Source: Anaerohalosphaeraceae bacterium (lineage in GTDB: Bacteria; Planctomycetota; Phycisphaerae; Sedimentisphaerales; Anaerohalosphaeraceae). Taken from it: DNA of 64,000 nucleotides. The translations under genes and the position numbers were made by a program. Below are positions 48,130-58,407 of the stretch, piece by piece. The DNA lies in contig CAXXSL010000013.1 in the NCBI GenBank assembly GCA_963675525.2, forward strand, positions 608,001 to 672,000, in the 5' to 3' direction. The notes under the pieces are model-generated. The model saw nothing but the letters and a program-made list of their open reading frames with translations. It did not search any database and was not told the DNA's origin. Each line of letters begins with the position of its first letter. The first letter of the stretch is position 1.

Positions 48130-49146
48130 TTAAAATTCCTCTTCTTCGTCTTTGCCTTTGACGACCGCCCAGAGCCGTTCGTTCAGTTCATTTAATCCCT
48201 GGCCCGTGACCGCGGAAATCACGAACACATCCTTGATCGATCCGGGCAGCCGTTGTCGAATATCGTCACAGAAAATCCCTTCGCTGTCAAGGTCAGCCTT
48301 GTTGAGTACAACGACTTCGGGCTTTTCGATCAGCACCTCACTATGCAATGCCAGTTCGTTACGGATCTTTCTATAATTGTCCACCGGATCCGAATCGTCG
48401 GACGGGAAAATATCCAGCACGTGAAGCAATATCCGCGTCCGTTCAATATGTTTTAGAAAATCATGCCCCAAACCGGCCCCTTCATGCGCCCCTTCGATGA
48501 GTCCGGGAATGTCGGCGATGACAAACCGGCGATAGTCGGACAGTTCCACAATGCCCAGCACGGGATTCAAGGTCGTAAACGGATAGTTGGCGATCTTAGG
48601 CCGGGCCGCCGAACAGCGTGACACCAGCGTGCTCTTGCCGGCGTTGGGCATACCGACTAAGCCCACATCGGCAATTAGCTTCAGTTCCAGCCGGAGGTTT
48701 CGTTCATGTCCGGGCTTGCCGTCGGTGGAAAACCGAGGCGTTTGGCGTACGGATGTTGCAAAGGCTTTGTTGCCCCAGCCGCCCCGGCCACCCCGGCAGA
48801 TGCGCACCTGCATCCCCGGTTGGTTCATATCCTTCAGCAGGATACCGTATTCCTCATCATAAATCAGCGTTCCCGGTGGAACGGGGATAACGAGGTCTTC
48901 GCCATCGGCACCGTGGCGGTTGGACCCTTCGCCGCAGTTGCCGTTGCGGGCGATCCAGTCGTGCCGGCCGGAAAAATCCGTCAGCGTATCCAACGACTCA
49001 TCCACCACAAAGATAACATCGCCGCCTTTACCGCCATCGCCGCCGTTTGGACCGCCCTTGGCCATGAATTTCTCCCGGCGGAAACTGATACACCCATGTC
49101 CACCGTCACCGGCCTTAACCCGAATTTTTGCTTCATCAATAAACAT
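48130..49146 (-). CDS. obgE: GTPase ObgE/CgtA
   Basis: MFIDEA..AGDGGHG..SFRREKF, LELKLIADVGLVGMPNAGKST, YPFTT, DIPGLIEGA, NKAD. Confidence 0.97.
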   Translation of the reverse strand: MFIDEAKIRVKAGDGGHGCISFRREKFMAKGGPNGGDGGKGGDVIFVVDESLDTLTDFSGRHDWIARNGNCGEGSNRHGADGEDLVIPVPPGTLIYDEEYGILLKDMNQPGMQVRICRGGRGGWGNKAFATSVRQTPRFSTDGKPGHERNLRLELKLIADVGLVGMPNAGKSTLVSRCSAARPKIANYPFTTLNPVLGIVELSDYRRFVIADIPGLIEGAHEGAGLGHDFLKHIERTRILLHVLDIFPSDDSDPVDNYRKIRNELALHSEVLIEKPEVVVLNKADLDSEGIFCDDIRQRLPGSIKDVFVISAVTGQGLNELNERLWAVVKGKDEEEEF

Positions 49147-49374
49147 AATATCCAATCACGCCATAAAATACCCCTTTCGGAGCCAATATACAAACGGGAG
49201 ATTATACCACCTCAAGTCCCCAAATACCACCGAAAAAAGCCCGGTTGACAGCTTTGCTGCAGGAGGGATAACTCGATAAGAAAGTAGCGAGAATAGGGCT
49301 ATACTGTACAACCCTTTCAGTCTGGAATGACCGAATTGATGTGTTGTTTACCGGCGGCGGAAAGACTGAGGACG

Positions 49375-49704
49375 TTAGTAAACCATTTCTTCCGGGGTCT
49401 GAGATCGGCCCACGACTTTTGCATACCGGCTTCCGGCAGTGTGTATCTTGGCCAGAATTTTCCGGGCCTGACCAGACAGTGACGAATCCGGGTCGGAACA
49501 GGCCGTGCAGTCGTCCAAAACGCGCTGAGCATATTCCCATTGCCCTTTTTCAAGGCTTTGTCGGGCTTCTTCAACACGTGCCTGATCCAGAGTCTTTTGC
49601 CAGCGCTGCTGAGAAGCCTCTTTTCGATTACTGTCCAGACATCCCGCAAGGGGAACCAGAATCAGTGCCGCCGCAATGAGTGTAACTGTTTTTTTGTGTG
49701 CCAT
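49375..49704 (-). CDS. Hypothetical lipoprotein
   Basis: MAHKKTVTLIAAALILVPLAGC lipobox and helical body. Confidence 0.6.
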   Translation of the reverse strand: MAHKKTVTLIAAALILVPLAGCLDSNRKEASQQRWQKTLDQARVEEARQSLEKGQWEYAQRVLDDCTACSDPDSSLSGQARKILAKIHTAGSRYAKVVGRSQTPEEMVY

Positions 49705-50023
49705 TGTAACATTCCTGTCTTCTACAGCTTTGGCCCCCAACATATACCGCCCGTGCCCTGCTTGATCGGCTATCCTTGTGCCGCACGACGGTCCCAAAGA
49801 TAAAATCGCGGATGGAAAATCCCGGTGGTATTGTCCGTTGTCACCAACATACACTCTATATACTCGTCAAACTATGACGTCTTTCTTCTCACTATTTATT
49901 GCAAAAACCCCATTATTAATAATTAATTCGCACAAACCGTGGTCCTGAACTGGTCGCCATGAAATCAGTATTTCGCTGGAGATTTTTATCGGGCCGCTGT
50001 TTAGAAACAATTCAAATGAGCCG

Positions 50024-53000
50024 TTACGATACTCTGGGAAGCTGAACATAAACCGACGTCCCAACATCCGGCTTTGATTCGATCCAGACATGCCCATCCT
50101 GACGATCCAGTATGCGAGCAATGATGGTCAACCCCAGCCCCTCTCCGTCCTTATCGCCGGGATTGAGACGATGAAATATCTCAAATACTTTTTTGACGTG
50201 TTCCGGATCGATCCCGATGCCGTTATCGGCTACACAGTAAACAATGCCTTCGGACTTTATTTCGGCACTGACATGGATTTTCGCTTTCCGGCCGGGATGA
50301 CGGTATTTGATCGCATTATCGATGAGATTGCTGAAAACCTGGTTGATCAATACCGCATCACCCCGACAGGCCGGCATTGGCTTATCAACCGTTATCTCAA
50401 TTTCCTCACTGCGGGTACGGAAGCGGAAATTATTGACGATAGCCTCAAGCATCTCGTACATATCCAGCTCGACCGAACAGACCTGAGCGGACCCGATCCG
50501 GCTGAGACGAAGCAGGCCCGTCAGCAGCACATCCATTTTTTGGTTGCCCGCCTTAATAAAACTCAGCGATTCGGGAATATCAATATTAAACAGGTACTCC
50601 AGTTGTTTTTGCGCCGACTCACCAAGATTCTCATCTGCCAGCAAACGTTGAATCTGGACAAGACTCTTTTCCAACTCGCCGGAAAACCCCCGAATGTTCA
50701 CCAGCGGACTGCGAAGGTCATGAGAGGCGATAAAGACGATGCTTTCCAGTTCCTCATTCTTGGATTGGAGTTCCTTGAGCAATTTGTCCTGCCAAATCTT
50801 GGCCAGCCGCTGCTCCGTCATATCATGGACCAGTGCCTGAATATACGTTTTTCCTTTCAGTTGGATAGGATTTAAAGAGACTTCGACAAAAATAAAACTG
50901 CCGTCCTTGTGCTGATACACCCAAGGGAATCGCTGAGGTTTCCCCTCCAGGACCAGCGCATTCATTTCCGGGGCCACCTCGGAGGATAACCGCCCGTTTT
51001 CCTGAAAGGTCGGCGAAAAATCGGCCGGGCTTTTAGAAATGATCTCAGAGGCATCCTCACAGCCAAACAACTTAACGGCCTGCGGATTACATTCGATAAA
51101 TCCCTTTTTATCCAGGATGAAAATGGCATCGCTGGCAGAGGTAAAAATCGAGCGGTGTTTATCTTCACTTTCCCGTAATGCTTCTTCTGTCTGTTTCCGC
51201 TCGGTAATATCGCGAGCAAAGGCGCAGTTGTATTCGATACCGTCATACTCAACAAAGTTGGCGTTAATCTCGACCGGAAAGACTCGCCCGTCCTTGGTTT
51301 TGTGATACGTCTCAATCTGTCTCACACCTTCGAGGCGTAACTGCTGCCATGAATCCGCCCACATCTCGGCCGAAAAATTCGGGTCGATATCATATATGTT
51401 TAGCGACAACAGTTCCTCACGAGTGTACCCCAGCGATTGGCAGGCCTTCTCATTGACATAGAAAAACGTCCCGTCCGGGTTCATCCAGAAGGCCGCCTCG
51501 CCGGCATGGTCGACGGCGAACTGAGTAAACTGAAGCGCCCGTTCGGCCGCCTTTCGTTCGGTAATGTCCTCCGAAATACCAAGTAAATAAGCCGGATCAC
51601 CATTGTCATCAAGTATCGGTATTTTTTTTGTATGAAGCAACCGTTCCCCATGGTTTGTTTCAATCGGTTCTTCAGGTATATCGAAAAGCGTTCTATTCTC
51701 AATCGCCTTTTTGTCATTTTCTGAAAAATGCTGTGCCTGTTCCTTGGGGAAAAGATCAAAATCGTCTTTACTTATTAATTCATCACGACTAAAACCGAGA
51801 AGTTCTTCCACTGCTCTGTTAACCCGAACAAATTTTAGATCCTTTGCATCTTTTATGAAGACCATATCAGGAATATTTTCAACGATTGAAGACAGAAACT
51901 CTTCGCTTTCCCTGATCGCGTCCTCAGCACGCTTGCGATTGGTAATATCGCGGACAAATGCACAAAGATACTCCTGGTTTTCGTACTCAAGGAAGTTAAC
52001 GGTCACCTCCACCGGAAAAACATACCCATCGCTGGTTTTATGACGCGATTCAAAGCGCATGGAGCGTTTTTCTTTCACCTCCTGCCAATGCTGCGGCCAA
52101 ATGTCGGCGGGGAAATCCGGGGCAATATCCTGCACTGACATCGTCAACAATTGTTCTTTGCTGTATTTAAGCGCCTCGCAGGCGGCATCATTGACATAAA
52201 TGAATTTCGCATCCGAGCCCATCCAGAATGCCGCTTCCCCGGCATGGTCCGTCGCGAACTGGGTAAACTGAAGTTGACGCATCATCTCCTCACGCTGATG
52301 TTCTGCAGCTTTGCGATTGGTGATGTCCCGAACAAATGAACAAATGTACTCTTTGCCTTCATACGTCATAAAGTTGGACGTGATCTCAACCGGAAAGACC
52401 GTGCCGTCTTTTCGTTTATGACGCCCCTCAAATCGCATTGTGCGTTTCTGCCGCATTTCGTCCCAGTGGACACCCCAGGCCTCAGGCGGATAAAACGGGT
52501 CGGTGTCCCGGACCGACATCTGCATCAGTTCGTCACGTGTATAGCCCAGCATTTGGCAGCCCATCTCATTGGCATAGACACACTTTTCGTCCCGGTCCAC
52601 CCAGTACGCCGCCTCGCCGGCGTGATCGAACGCGAACTGGGTAAACTGAAGCGTCTGTTCGGCATCTCTTTGATTCGTAATGTCCATCCCGGAACTCAAG
52701 GTTCCGACAATCTCACCTTCCTCCCGAATCACCGTATTGTGCCAGGCGATCAGTTTTTCTTTGCCGGTGGTTGTTATTACGGAATTCTCAAAATATTCGA
52801 CGGTGTTGCCCTGACCGATAATCAGATCACAAAATGCTTTCCGGGCTATTTTTCTCGTTGATTCCGGAAGAAATTCCGCAAACCAGTCTTTGCCGCGAGC
52901 CCGACTTTCGGTGCATTCCAAAATCTCGCACCCTTTCTTATTGAGCAATTTGATACGACCTTCGGCATCCAGCACCATAATCATCACCCCGGCAATATCC

Positions 53001-54946
53001 AGATATTGCTGCGCCCTGTCCCGCTCGGCGATCGCCATCTGACGAGCGAGCTTGGCCTCCGTAATATCAAGCGCATTAAAGATGACCCCTTTACTCCAAT
53101 CATCCGCATCGATCGGGGTCGAACTTAACAAAACATCGATTATTTTTCCGTCTTTTCGACGCCAGCGAGTCTCAACCGTACCGATTCCCTCCTCGGCGAT
53201 TTGCTGATATTTTTCCCGGCCTACATACTCATACTCTTCCTGGCTCGGATACAGCATTCGGGCATTCCGGCCCACCAACTCTTCATCCGCATATCCCGTC
53301 ATTGCACAAATCTGTTCATTGATATGCAAAAACACCCGGTTCGACAGCAAACCGATCCCGACCGGAGCGGCTCTCAAAATACTGTTGATTTCGGCCTGTT
53401 GCTGCCGGACTGCAAGCTCACCCTTTTTTCGCTCAGTAATATCACGGTCCACACCGCGATACCCCGTCAGGCGGCCGATCTTGTCCAATAGAGGAATGCC
53501 GTTGGTTTCTAAAATGACTTTCTTGCCGTTCCGATCAAGATTTATGTTTTCCAGGTGGCGGATCGGCTGTTTTTGCTCGACAGCCTCTTGAAATATCGGA
53601 CGAAGGCGGTCGGCCTCCTCTGCGGTCATCAAATCGAAGGGGGTTTTGCCGATCAGTTCCTGCGGCTCATAACCCAAAATGTTTTGGGATCGCGGACTGA
53701 CATAGGTATAGCGGCCATCAGCATCGACCTCCCATATCCAGTCACTGGTCGTCTCCACCAGATTGCGGAATCGTTGTTCTTGTTCCTGTACTGTCTGATG
53801 GACCGAACGATGGTGCGAAATAAACATCACCAGCCCCAGCACCAACCCGAACAACCCGGTAAGACCGCCTACCAGAACCCAGGTTAATTCTTTCGAAAGC
53901 GTGTAAAAAGGCACAGGGGCATTTATGACGATCGCCCCTTTTGGCAGAAGTGATTCAGAAATATGATATTTCTGCAGTTGCATATAATCAAACATGTACA
54001 CAGACACTTCATTGTTATTATCAAAAACCGGCAGTGTTCCAATATCGGTCCCTTCCAGTACCTGCTTGGTCATCTCCCCGGCAATACGGCCCTGCTTGAA
54101 TCCGCTGGAACATTTTCCGCCCATTAAACCCCGACCGACCTGCCATGTCGAAAATCCAAAAACAGGTCGATTCGTATGGCTCAATATCTCCGTCCACTCT
54201 TCCTGATAAATAGATTTGCCGGTTCTGTCATGCCACCAGCTGATGGCCAGGACAATCGCGTCGGAAGGAACCTTTGACAGGGCTTGAGACATTTCATCAA
54301 CGGTCAAGTCACGCAGCAGTTTGTACTCTACCCCCGGGTATTGAGCGGCAATGATTCGTTTAAACCGCTCAAGGTTGATTTCCGCCGTGACCGTATGGTC
54401 GCAGAGAGCATAGATCATTTTTGTCTGGGGTTGCAGTTTGAACGCAATTGACAGAGTTTCTTCGTAAGGTTCTTTTTCCAGAACACCGGTTATGGGCTGC
54501 CCGACAATCTGGGTCGGGTCGAATTGGCCGACACCGCAGAATACAACCGGAATGTTCTTAAACAGATCATCATGGTATTTAAGAACGTACTGATAAGCAT
54601 TGTCATCGACGGCAATGATGACATCGAACGTCATGTCACGATACTTCAGGGCATAAAGATCATGCAGTTCGCGAAGATATTCCTCGGTGTAGACTCTCTT
54701 GGTATCCATGTATTCAATATAAAAGAAGACATCGGAATCCCCACTAAGAACACTTTGGATGCCCGACAAAATATCCTCTGACCAGGTCGCCCTATGATAG
54801 CTGTTTATAACAAGTATTTTGGGAATGGCTGATTGATCTTGAGCCTGAACGCTAAAACTCAAAAAGATCGCGAACAAAAACACGGCCGCCGGAAATGCGG
54901 TCCTGAAAAACCAGCCTGCGTTATGGTGTTCCTGATGCAAATGCAA
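50024..54946 (-). CDS. Sensor histidine kinase: periplasmic ABC-type binding domain, eight PAS domains, HisKA and HATPase
   Basis: ILVINSYH, EYMDTKR, TM helix, eight PAS/PAC units mostly ending DIT, SHDLRSPL, NLIDNAIKY, DNGIG, GLGL. Confidence 0.92.
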   Translation of the reverse strand: MHLHQEHHNAGWFFRTAFPAAVFLFAIFLSFSVQAQDQSAIPKILVINSYHRATWSEDILSGIQSVLSGDSDVFFYIEYMDTKRVYTEEYLRELHDLYALKYRDMTFDVIIAVDDNAYQYVLKYHDDLFKNIPVVFCGVGQFDPTQIVGQPITGVLEKEPYEETLSIAFKLQPQTKMIYALCDHTVTAEINLERFKRIIAAQYPGVEYKLLRDLTVDEMSQALSKVPSDAIVLAISWWHDRTGKSIYQEEWTEILSHTNRPVFGFSTWQVGRGLMGGKCSSGFKQGRIAGEMTKQVLEGTDIGTLPVFDNNNEVSVYMFDYMQLQKYHISESLLPKGAIVINAPVPFYTLSKELTWVLVGGLTGLFGLVLGLVMFISHHRSVHQTVQEQEQRFRNLVETTSDWIWEVDADGRYTYVSPRSQNILGYEPQELIGKTPFDLMTAEEADRLRPIFQEAVEQKQPIRHLENINLDRNGKKVILETNGIPLLDKIGRLTGYRGVDRDITERKKGELAVRQQQAEINSILRAAPVGIGLLSNRVFLHINEQICAMTGYADEELVGRNARMLYPSQEEYEYVGREKYQQIAEEGIGTVETRWRRKDGKIIDVLLSSTPIDADDWSKGVIFNALDITEAKLARQMAIAERDRAQQYLDIAGVMIMVLDAEGRIKLLNKKGCEILECTESRARGKDWFAEFLPESTRKIARKAFCDLIIGQGNTVEYFENSVITTTGKEKLIAWHNTVIREEGEIVGTLSSGMDITNQRDAEQTLQFTQFAFDHAGEAAYWVDRDEKCVYANEMGCQMLGYTRDELMQMSVRDTDPFYPPEAWGVHWDEMRQKRTMRFEGRHKRKDGTVFPVEITSNFMTYEGKEYICSFVRDITNRKAAEHQREEMMRQLQFTQFATDHAGEAAFWMGSDAKFIYVNDAACEALKYSKEQLLTMSVQDIAPDFPADIWPQHWQEVKEKRSMRFESRHKTSDGYVFPVEVTVNFLEYENQEYLCAFVRDITNRKRAEDAIRESEEFLSSIVENIPDMVFIKDAKDLKFVRVNRAVEELLGFSRDELISKDDFDLFPKEQAQHFSENDKKAIENRTLFDIPEEPIETNHGERLLHTKKIPILDDNGDPAYLLGISEDITERKAAERALQFTQFAVDHAGEAAFWMNPDGTFFYVNEKACQSLGYTREELLSLNIYDIDPNFSAEMWADSWQQLRLEGVRQIETYHKTKDGRVFPVEINANFVEYDGIEYNCAFARDITERKQTEEALRESEDKHRSIFTSASDAIFILDKKGFIECNPQAVKLFGCEDASEIISKSPADFSPTFQENGRLSSEVAPEMNALVLEGKPQRFPWVYQHKDGSFIFVEVSLNPIQLKGKTYIQALVHDMTEQRLAKIWQDKLLKELQSKNEELESIVFIASHDLRSPLVNIRGFSGELEKSLVQIQRLLADENLGESAQKQLEYLFNIDIPESLSFIKAGNQKMDVLLTGLLRLSRIGSAQVCSVELDMYEMLEAIVNNFRFRTRSEEIEITVDKPMPACRGDAVLINQVFSNLIDNAIKYRHPGRKAKIHVSAEIKSEGIVYCVADNGIGIDPEHVKKVFEIFHRLNPGDKDGEGLGLTIIARILDRQDGHVWIESKPDVGTSVYVQLPRVS

Positions 54947-55136
54947 ACCCTCTTCTTTTAATTAGAATGTATGGCTTTTTTTCCGCGTGTTTGATCGATT
55001 TAGCCGCCATAGACAAATCACACATATTGGATAATGTTATACTCAGATTGTCAAGTCAAGCTTTAAAATAGTCACATTATCATCGGGAGAAATTATGACG
55101 GAACGCAAAATGACCGCGAAAAAGGAGGTCTAATAT

Positions 55137-55169
55137 AAAAGCCAGATTCTCGAATGTGGAATCTGGCTT
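55137..55169 (-). terminator. Hairpin with T-run on the minus strand
   Basis: AAGCCAGATTC-N9-GAATCTGGCTT with an A run on its left; no annotated gene ends here. Confidence 0.6.
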
Positions 55170-55181
55170 CGGAGGAGGGTG

Positions 55182-55244
55182 ATGAAAAGTTTATTGATTA
55201 TTACTATTTGTCCTCTTGTCCTCGCGCTTCTCTATATATTATGA
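55182..55244 (+). CDS. Candidate 20-aa hydrophobic peptide
   Basis: GGAGGAGG RBS followed by MKSLLIITICPLVLALLYIL*. Confidence 0.3.
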   Translation: MKSLLIITICPLVLALLYIL

Positions 55245-55502
55245 CGTACAATGTGAACGGTTTGTTTATAATTTTTTTTGTTTTTTATAATAATATTGTA
55301 TCTTTTTCATGCCATGCTTGTGGATGACCCTGCTTGTTGTTTCTTATCTCATTGTATACAATAGACTTAAGCCTAACACGACGGGGCGTTCGTCTGGCAA
55401 CAAAAAACACGTACAGGCGACCTTGAAATCCCGGAATAAGCGTTATTGATTACCTGTCAAATCTCACAAAATCACATTTTTTGAAAATCCATACAAAAGC
55501 CC

Positions 55503-55531
55503 TTGACAGTTTAAATAAAAATATATAACTT
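55503..55531 (+). promoter_or_regulatory. Sigma70-type promoter upstream of the HTH/ABC/GNAT cluster
   Basis: TTGACA at 55503-55508 followed by an AT-rich -10 region (TATAACTT, 55524-55531). Confidence 0.45.
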
Positions 55532-55716
55532 TATATTTAATTTGGTATTTATTTAACATACTTTTGTCATAAAGAATAATGCACAGCAGAAGGAGCAGTT
55601 CTGCAACAGCAGGGGAAGCTGGTTTACCGGTTCGAGTATCCAGAGGATTCTGCTGTCTGGATTTTCAGGAAATCCCCTGTTTTCAGTCGCCACAAAAATG
55701 AAGGAGTCGCAATAGG

Positions 55717-56193
55717 ATGTCTGCTCGACCCAAAATAACTAAACGCCGCATACCGCATCAGCGAAATAAGGAGGATATGAACCTCGTTCGCCTTCGCAGT
55801 GATCTGCTCTGTCGTGAAGATAAGGCATTGATCCAGATGATCTTTGAAAAAGGCAGCTCATTTATAGAGATCGCAGAACTCACCGGCCAGAATCCGTCCA
55901 GTATTAACCGGCGTTTCCGCGCCCTGCTGCAAAAACTGCTTGCCAAAGAGCCGATATCCCTGCTGCACCATCAGAATGCGTTTGATCCGCTGGATATCAG
56001 CATCTGCCGGGACTATTATCTGCAGGGTTTGCCGCAGAGAACTATTTCTCACAAATTAAACGTTTCCCTTTACCGCGTTCGCAGGGTACTTAGGACAGTT
56101 CGATACCTGCTCTATAACGGCACGGCTCCGGCCGTCAAACGAAATCGGAAATCCATCTCTAAACTTGAAGGAGTAAACGATGCACACATTTAA
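55717..56193 (+). CDS. Protein with two HTH-like (sigma region 4-like) segments
   Basis: SFIEIAELTGQNPSSINRRF and QRTISHKLNVSLYRVRR; AAGGAG RBS. Confidence 0.65.
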   Translation: MSARPKITKRRIPHQRNKEDMNLVRLRSDLLCREDKALIQMIFEKGSSFIEIAELTGQNPSSINRRFRALLQKLLAKEPISLLHHQNAFDPLDISICRDYYLQGLPQRTISHKLNVSLYRVRRVLRTVRYLLYNGTAPAVKRNRKSISKLEGVNDAHI

Positions 56194-56878
56194 CATTCGA
56201 ACATCATCGGACTGGACACTAAAGCCAACCGACCGGGTCAATCAACTGATGCGTCTGTTTGGACTTCGGATCAACCGCCTCAACCAGCGTGCGACGGAGC
56301 ATCATTGCCAGATGACACTTTATCCGGGACAGATCTGCTGTATCACCGGTTCCAGCGGCGCAGGGAAAAGCACCCTTTTGAACACAATATACAACCGTAT
56401 CGCTGCCGGTCTGCGGATACGGCTCGACGAAATTGCGATCGAGACGGACAGGCCGATGATCGATTGCCTTAATGGACCATTACTCGATGCCGTCGATGCG
56501 CTTAGCAAGGCCGGACTTAGCGATGTTCTTTCGATGCTGAAAATCCCTTGTCAATTAAGTGCGGGACAGCAATGGCGGTATCGTCTGGCAAAGGCGATGC
56601 AAAGCGGCCGGCAATGGATCTTTATCGATGAATTTTCCGCTTCGGTGGACCGCATTACCGCATGTGTCATCGCCCACAATCTCCGGAAGATCGCCCGACG
56701 AAACAATACCATTTTCATCCTGGCATCGTGTCATGAGGATTTTCTAACCGACCTGCGGCCGGATGTGGTTATCGTCACATACCTGAACGGGAAAACAAAC
56801 GTCATCTACTGTGAAAATCACAAGAAACGTTCGATGACGGGATCGTCTGAATCGGTGGAATTGCGCAAAAATCATTAA
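56180..56878 (+). CDS. Stand-alone soluble ABC-type ATPase
   Basis: Walker A GSSGAGKS, signature LSAGQQWR, Walker B IFIDEF, H-loop ASCH; no permease nearby. Confidence 0.85.
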   Translation: MHTFNIRTSSDWTLKPTDRVNQLMRLFGLRINRLNQRATEHHCQMTLYPGQICCITGSSGAGKSTLLNTIYNRIAAGLRIRLDEIAIETDRPMIDCLNGPLLDAVDALSKAGLSDVLSMLKIPCQLSAGQQWRYRLAKAMQSGRQWIFIDEFSASVDRITACVIAHNLRKIARRNNTIFILASCHEDFLTDLRPDVVIVTYLNGKTNVIYCENHKKRSMTGSSESVELRKNH

Positions 56879-56921
56879 CTTTGAGTTGCACGCTTTTTGA
56901 CAAGTTCATAGCGTTTTATTC

Positions 56922-57227
56922 TTATTGTGACCTGTTTCCTCTGTCCTTTTGACGGTGGTTGTAGATAAACGAGCCTTTCCCTGCATCGGCCAGCACTTGT
57001 TCGGCCCACATGTTTTGATGCGGCATCATCTGCGCCGGTACTTTATCCCTCCCAATAACATCGGCAATGACCTTGCGGGCACAGGCATCAAAATTTTTCA
57101 GACAATAGCTGTCTTTGAGCTTTTCCACCAATTCCGGCATCTCTTTTTGAGATTGAATTACAAACAGACATGTTTTTATTAATGGACATGTATCAATGAG
57201 GATTGCTTCATTGTCGATTTTCGTCAT
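56922..57227 (-). CDS. Small Cys-motif hypothetical protein
   Basis: CPLIKTC...YCLKNFDACAR...VPAQMMP pattern. Confidence 0.55.
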   Translation of the reverse strand: MTKIDNEAILIDTCPLIKTCLFVIQSQKEMPELVEKLKDSYCLKNFDACARKVIADVIGRDKVPAQMMPHQNMWAEQVLADAGKGSFIYNHRQKDRGNRSQ

Positions 57228-57589
57228 TGGCTATATACACCTGAAAAAAGAGCTGTAATAGTAATTTTCACAACTGCACTTTTATTATGTAAGGGTAGAA
57301 AAAGTAATATTTGATTTTTAAACAATACAAAAACCACTATTTAAAGTCCGAGAAATTGTCTTTATACAAAAACGATATAAAAACTTTTCTCAGCCCTGTT
57401 TCCTGACCCCAAGTTATAAACTCCACTTGAGTAGGTTCAGCACTTTATCTCATTTTTAGCATTGTATCATGCTTTCTACTAATATATCGGTAATATTACC
57501 CATTCTATTTAGGTGTTTGTGTCGAAAAAGTGTGTTTTTAGTAATTTATTGACTTTTAGCATCTATTAGGATCAAGAAAGGATGTATTT

Positions 57590-58357
57590 ATGGGAACCAA
57601 AAACATCATCTGCTGTATTCAAAAAGACTTAATAATTGAACCTGTGGGAATGAATACCTACCATACACTCGCTGATTTTCATTATCGTCAAGGACCATTG
57701 GGCCCTCACACGCATCTGTTTGGTATTCTCGATAACCATATCCGCCGCAGACTGACCGCACCGGTCGTTGGCGTAATCGTCTATCGCCCGCCGGTACCGA
57801 ATCTGGCCATCCGCAACATCGCCACCGGCGGCTTCTTTTCGGGACTTCCCCGGTCGACGGGGCTTTCGCTTCTGAATGAGCATGTGCGGTGCATCAGCCG
57901 GGTCATTATCGACCCGCGGTATCGCGGGCTGGGGCTGGCAAGCTGGCTGGTAGCCGAAACGATGCCCCTGACCGGTGCCGCGATGGTCGAGGCATCCAGT
58001 GTCATGGCCGGTTTTCACCCCTTCTTTAAGCGGGCGGGGATGCTGGAATTTCGCTCGGCCCCGGATGTCAAAACCGAACGGATGAAAGCGGCACTGGAAA
58101 CCGTCGGCATTGACGAGAGACAGTGGATCGATACCGAACAGGTGCATGAACAGATTGAGTCATTGAATATGCCGCATCGGGCGTTCATCGAAAAACAGAT
58201 ATACAACTTCCTGCAGAAGTTCGCCCGCCAGCGTACCATGCCCCACAGCCTCGACCGCACCGACTTCGTCCTGAGCAAACTCGGAGCCCCCGGTCACTAC
58301 TACCTCTGGTTCAACCCCGACAAACCCATTATAAGTTTGACGGATACAATAATTTGA
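57590..58357 (+). CDS. GNAT-fold acetyltransferase-like protein
   Basis: FHYR, ISRVIIDPRYRGLGLA (acetyl-CoA motif A), FFKRAGM. Confidence 0.75.
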   Translation: MGTKNIICCIQKDLIIEPVGMNTYHTLADFHYRQGPLGPHTHLFGILDNHIRRRLTAPVVGVIVYRPPVPNLAIRNIATGGFFSGLPRSTGLSLLNEHVRCISRVIIDPRYRGLGLASWLVAETMPLTGAAMVEASSVMAGFHPFFKRAGMLEFRSAPDVKTERMKAALETVGIDERQWIDTEQVHEQIESLNMPHRAFIEKQIYNFLQKFARQRTMPHSLDRTDFVLSKLGAPGHYYLWFNPDKPIISLTDTII

Positions 58358-58407
58358 ATATAGTTGTCGTTAATAAGATCATGTGTACTTTTTTAATAAA
58401 GGAAGAA

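Noticed and set aside
50090..50875. Long antisense or alternate-frame ORFs (also 4486-5127, 4986-5651, 6583-7194, 35872-36699, 40991-41686)
   Set aside because: They are shadows of well-supported genes and have no recognisable motifs.
55610..55650. tRNA-like GGTTCGAG motif
   Set aside because: No acceptor stem, D arm or anticodon arm can be formed around it.
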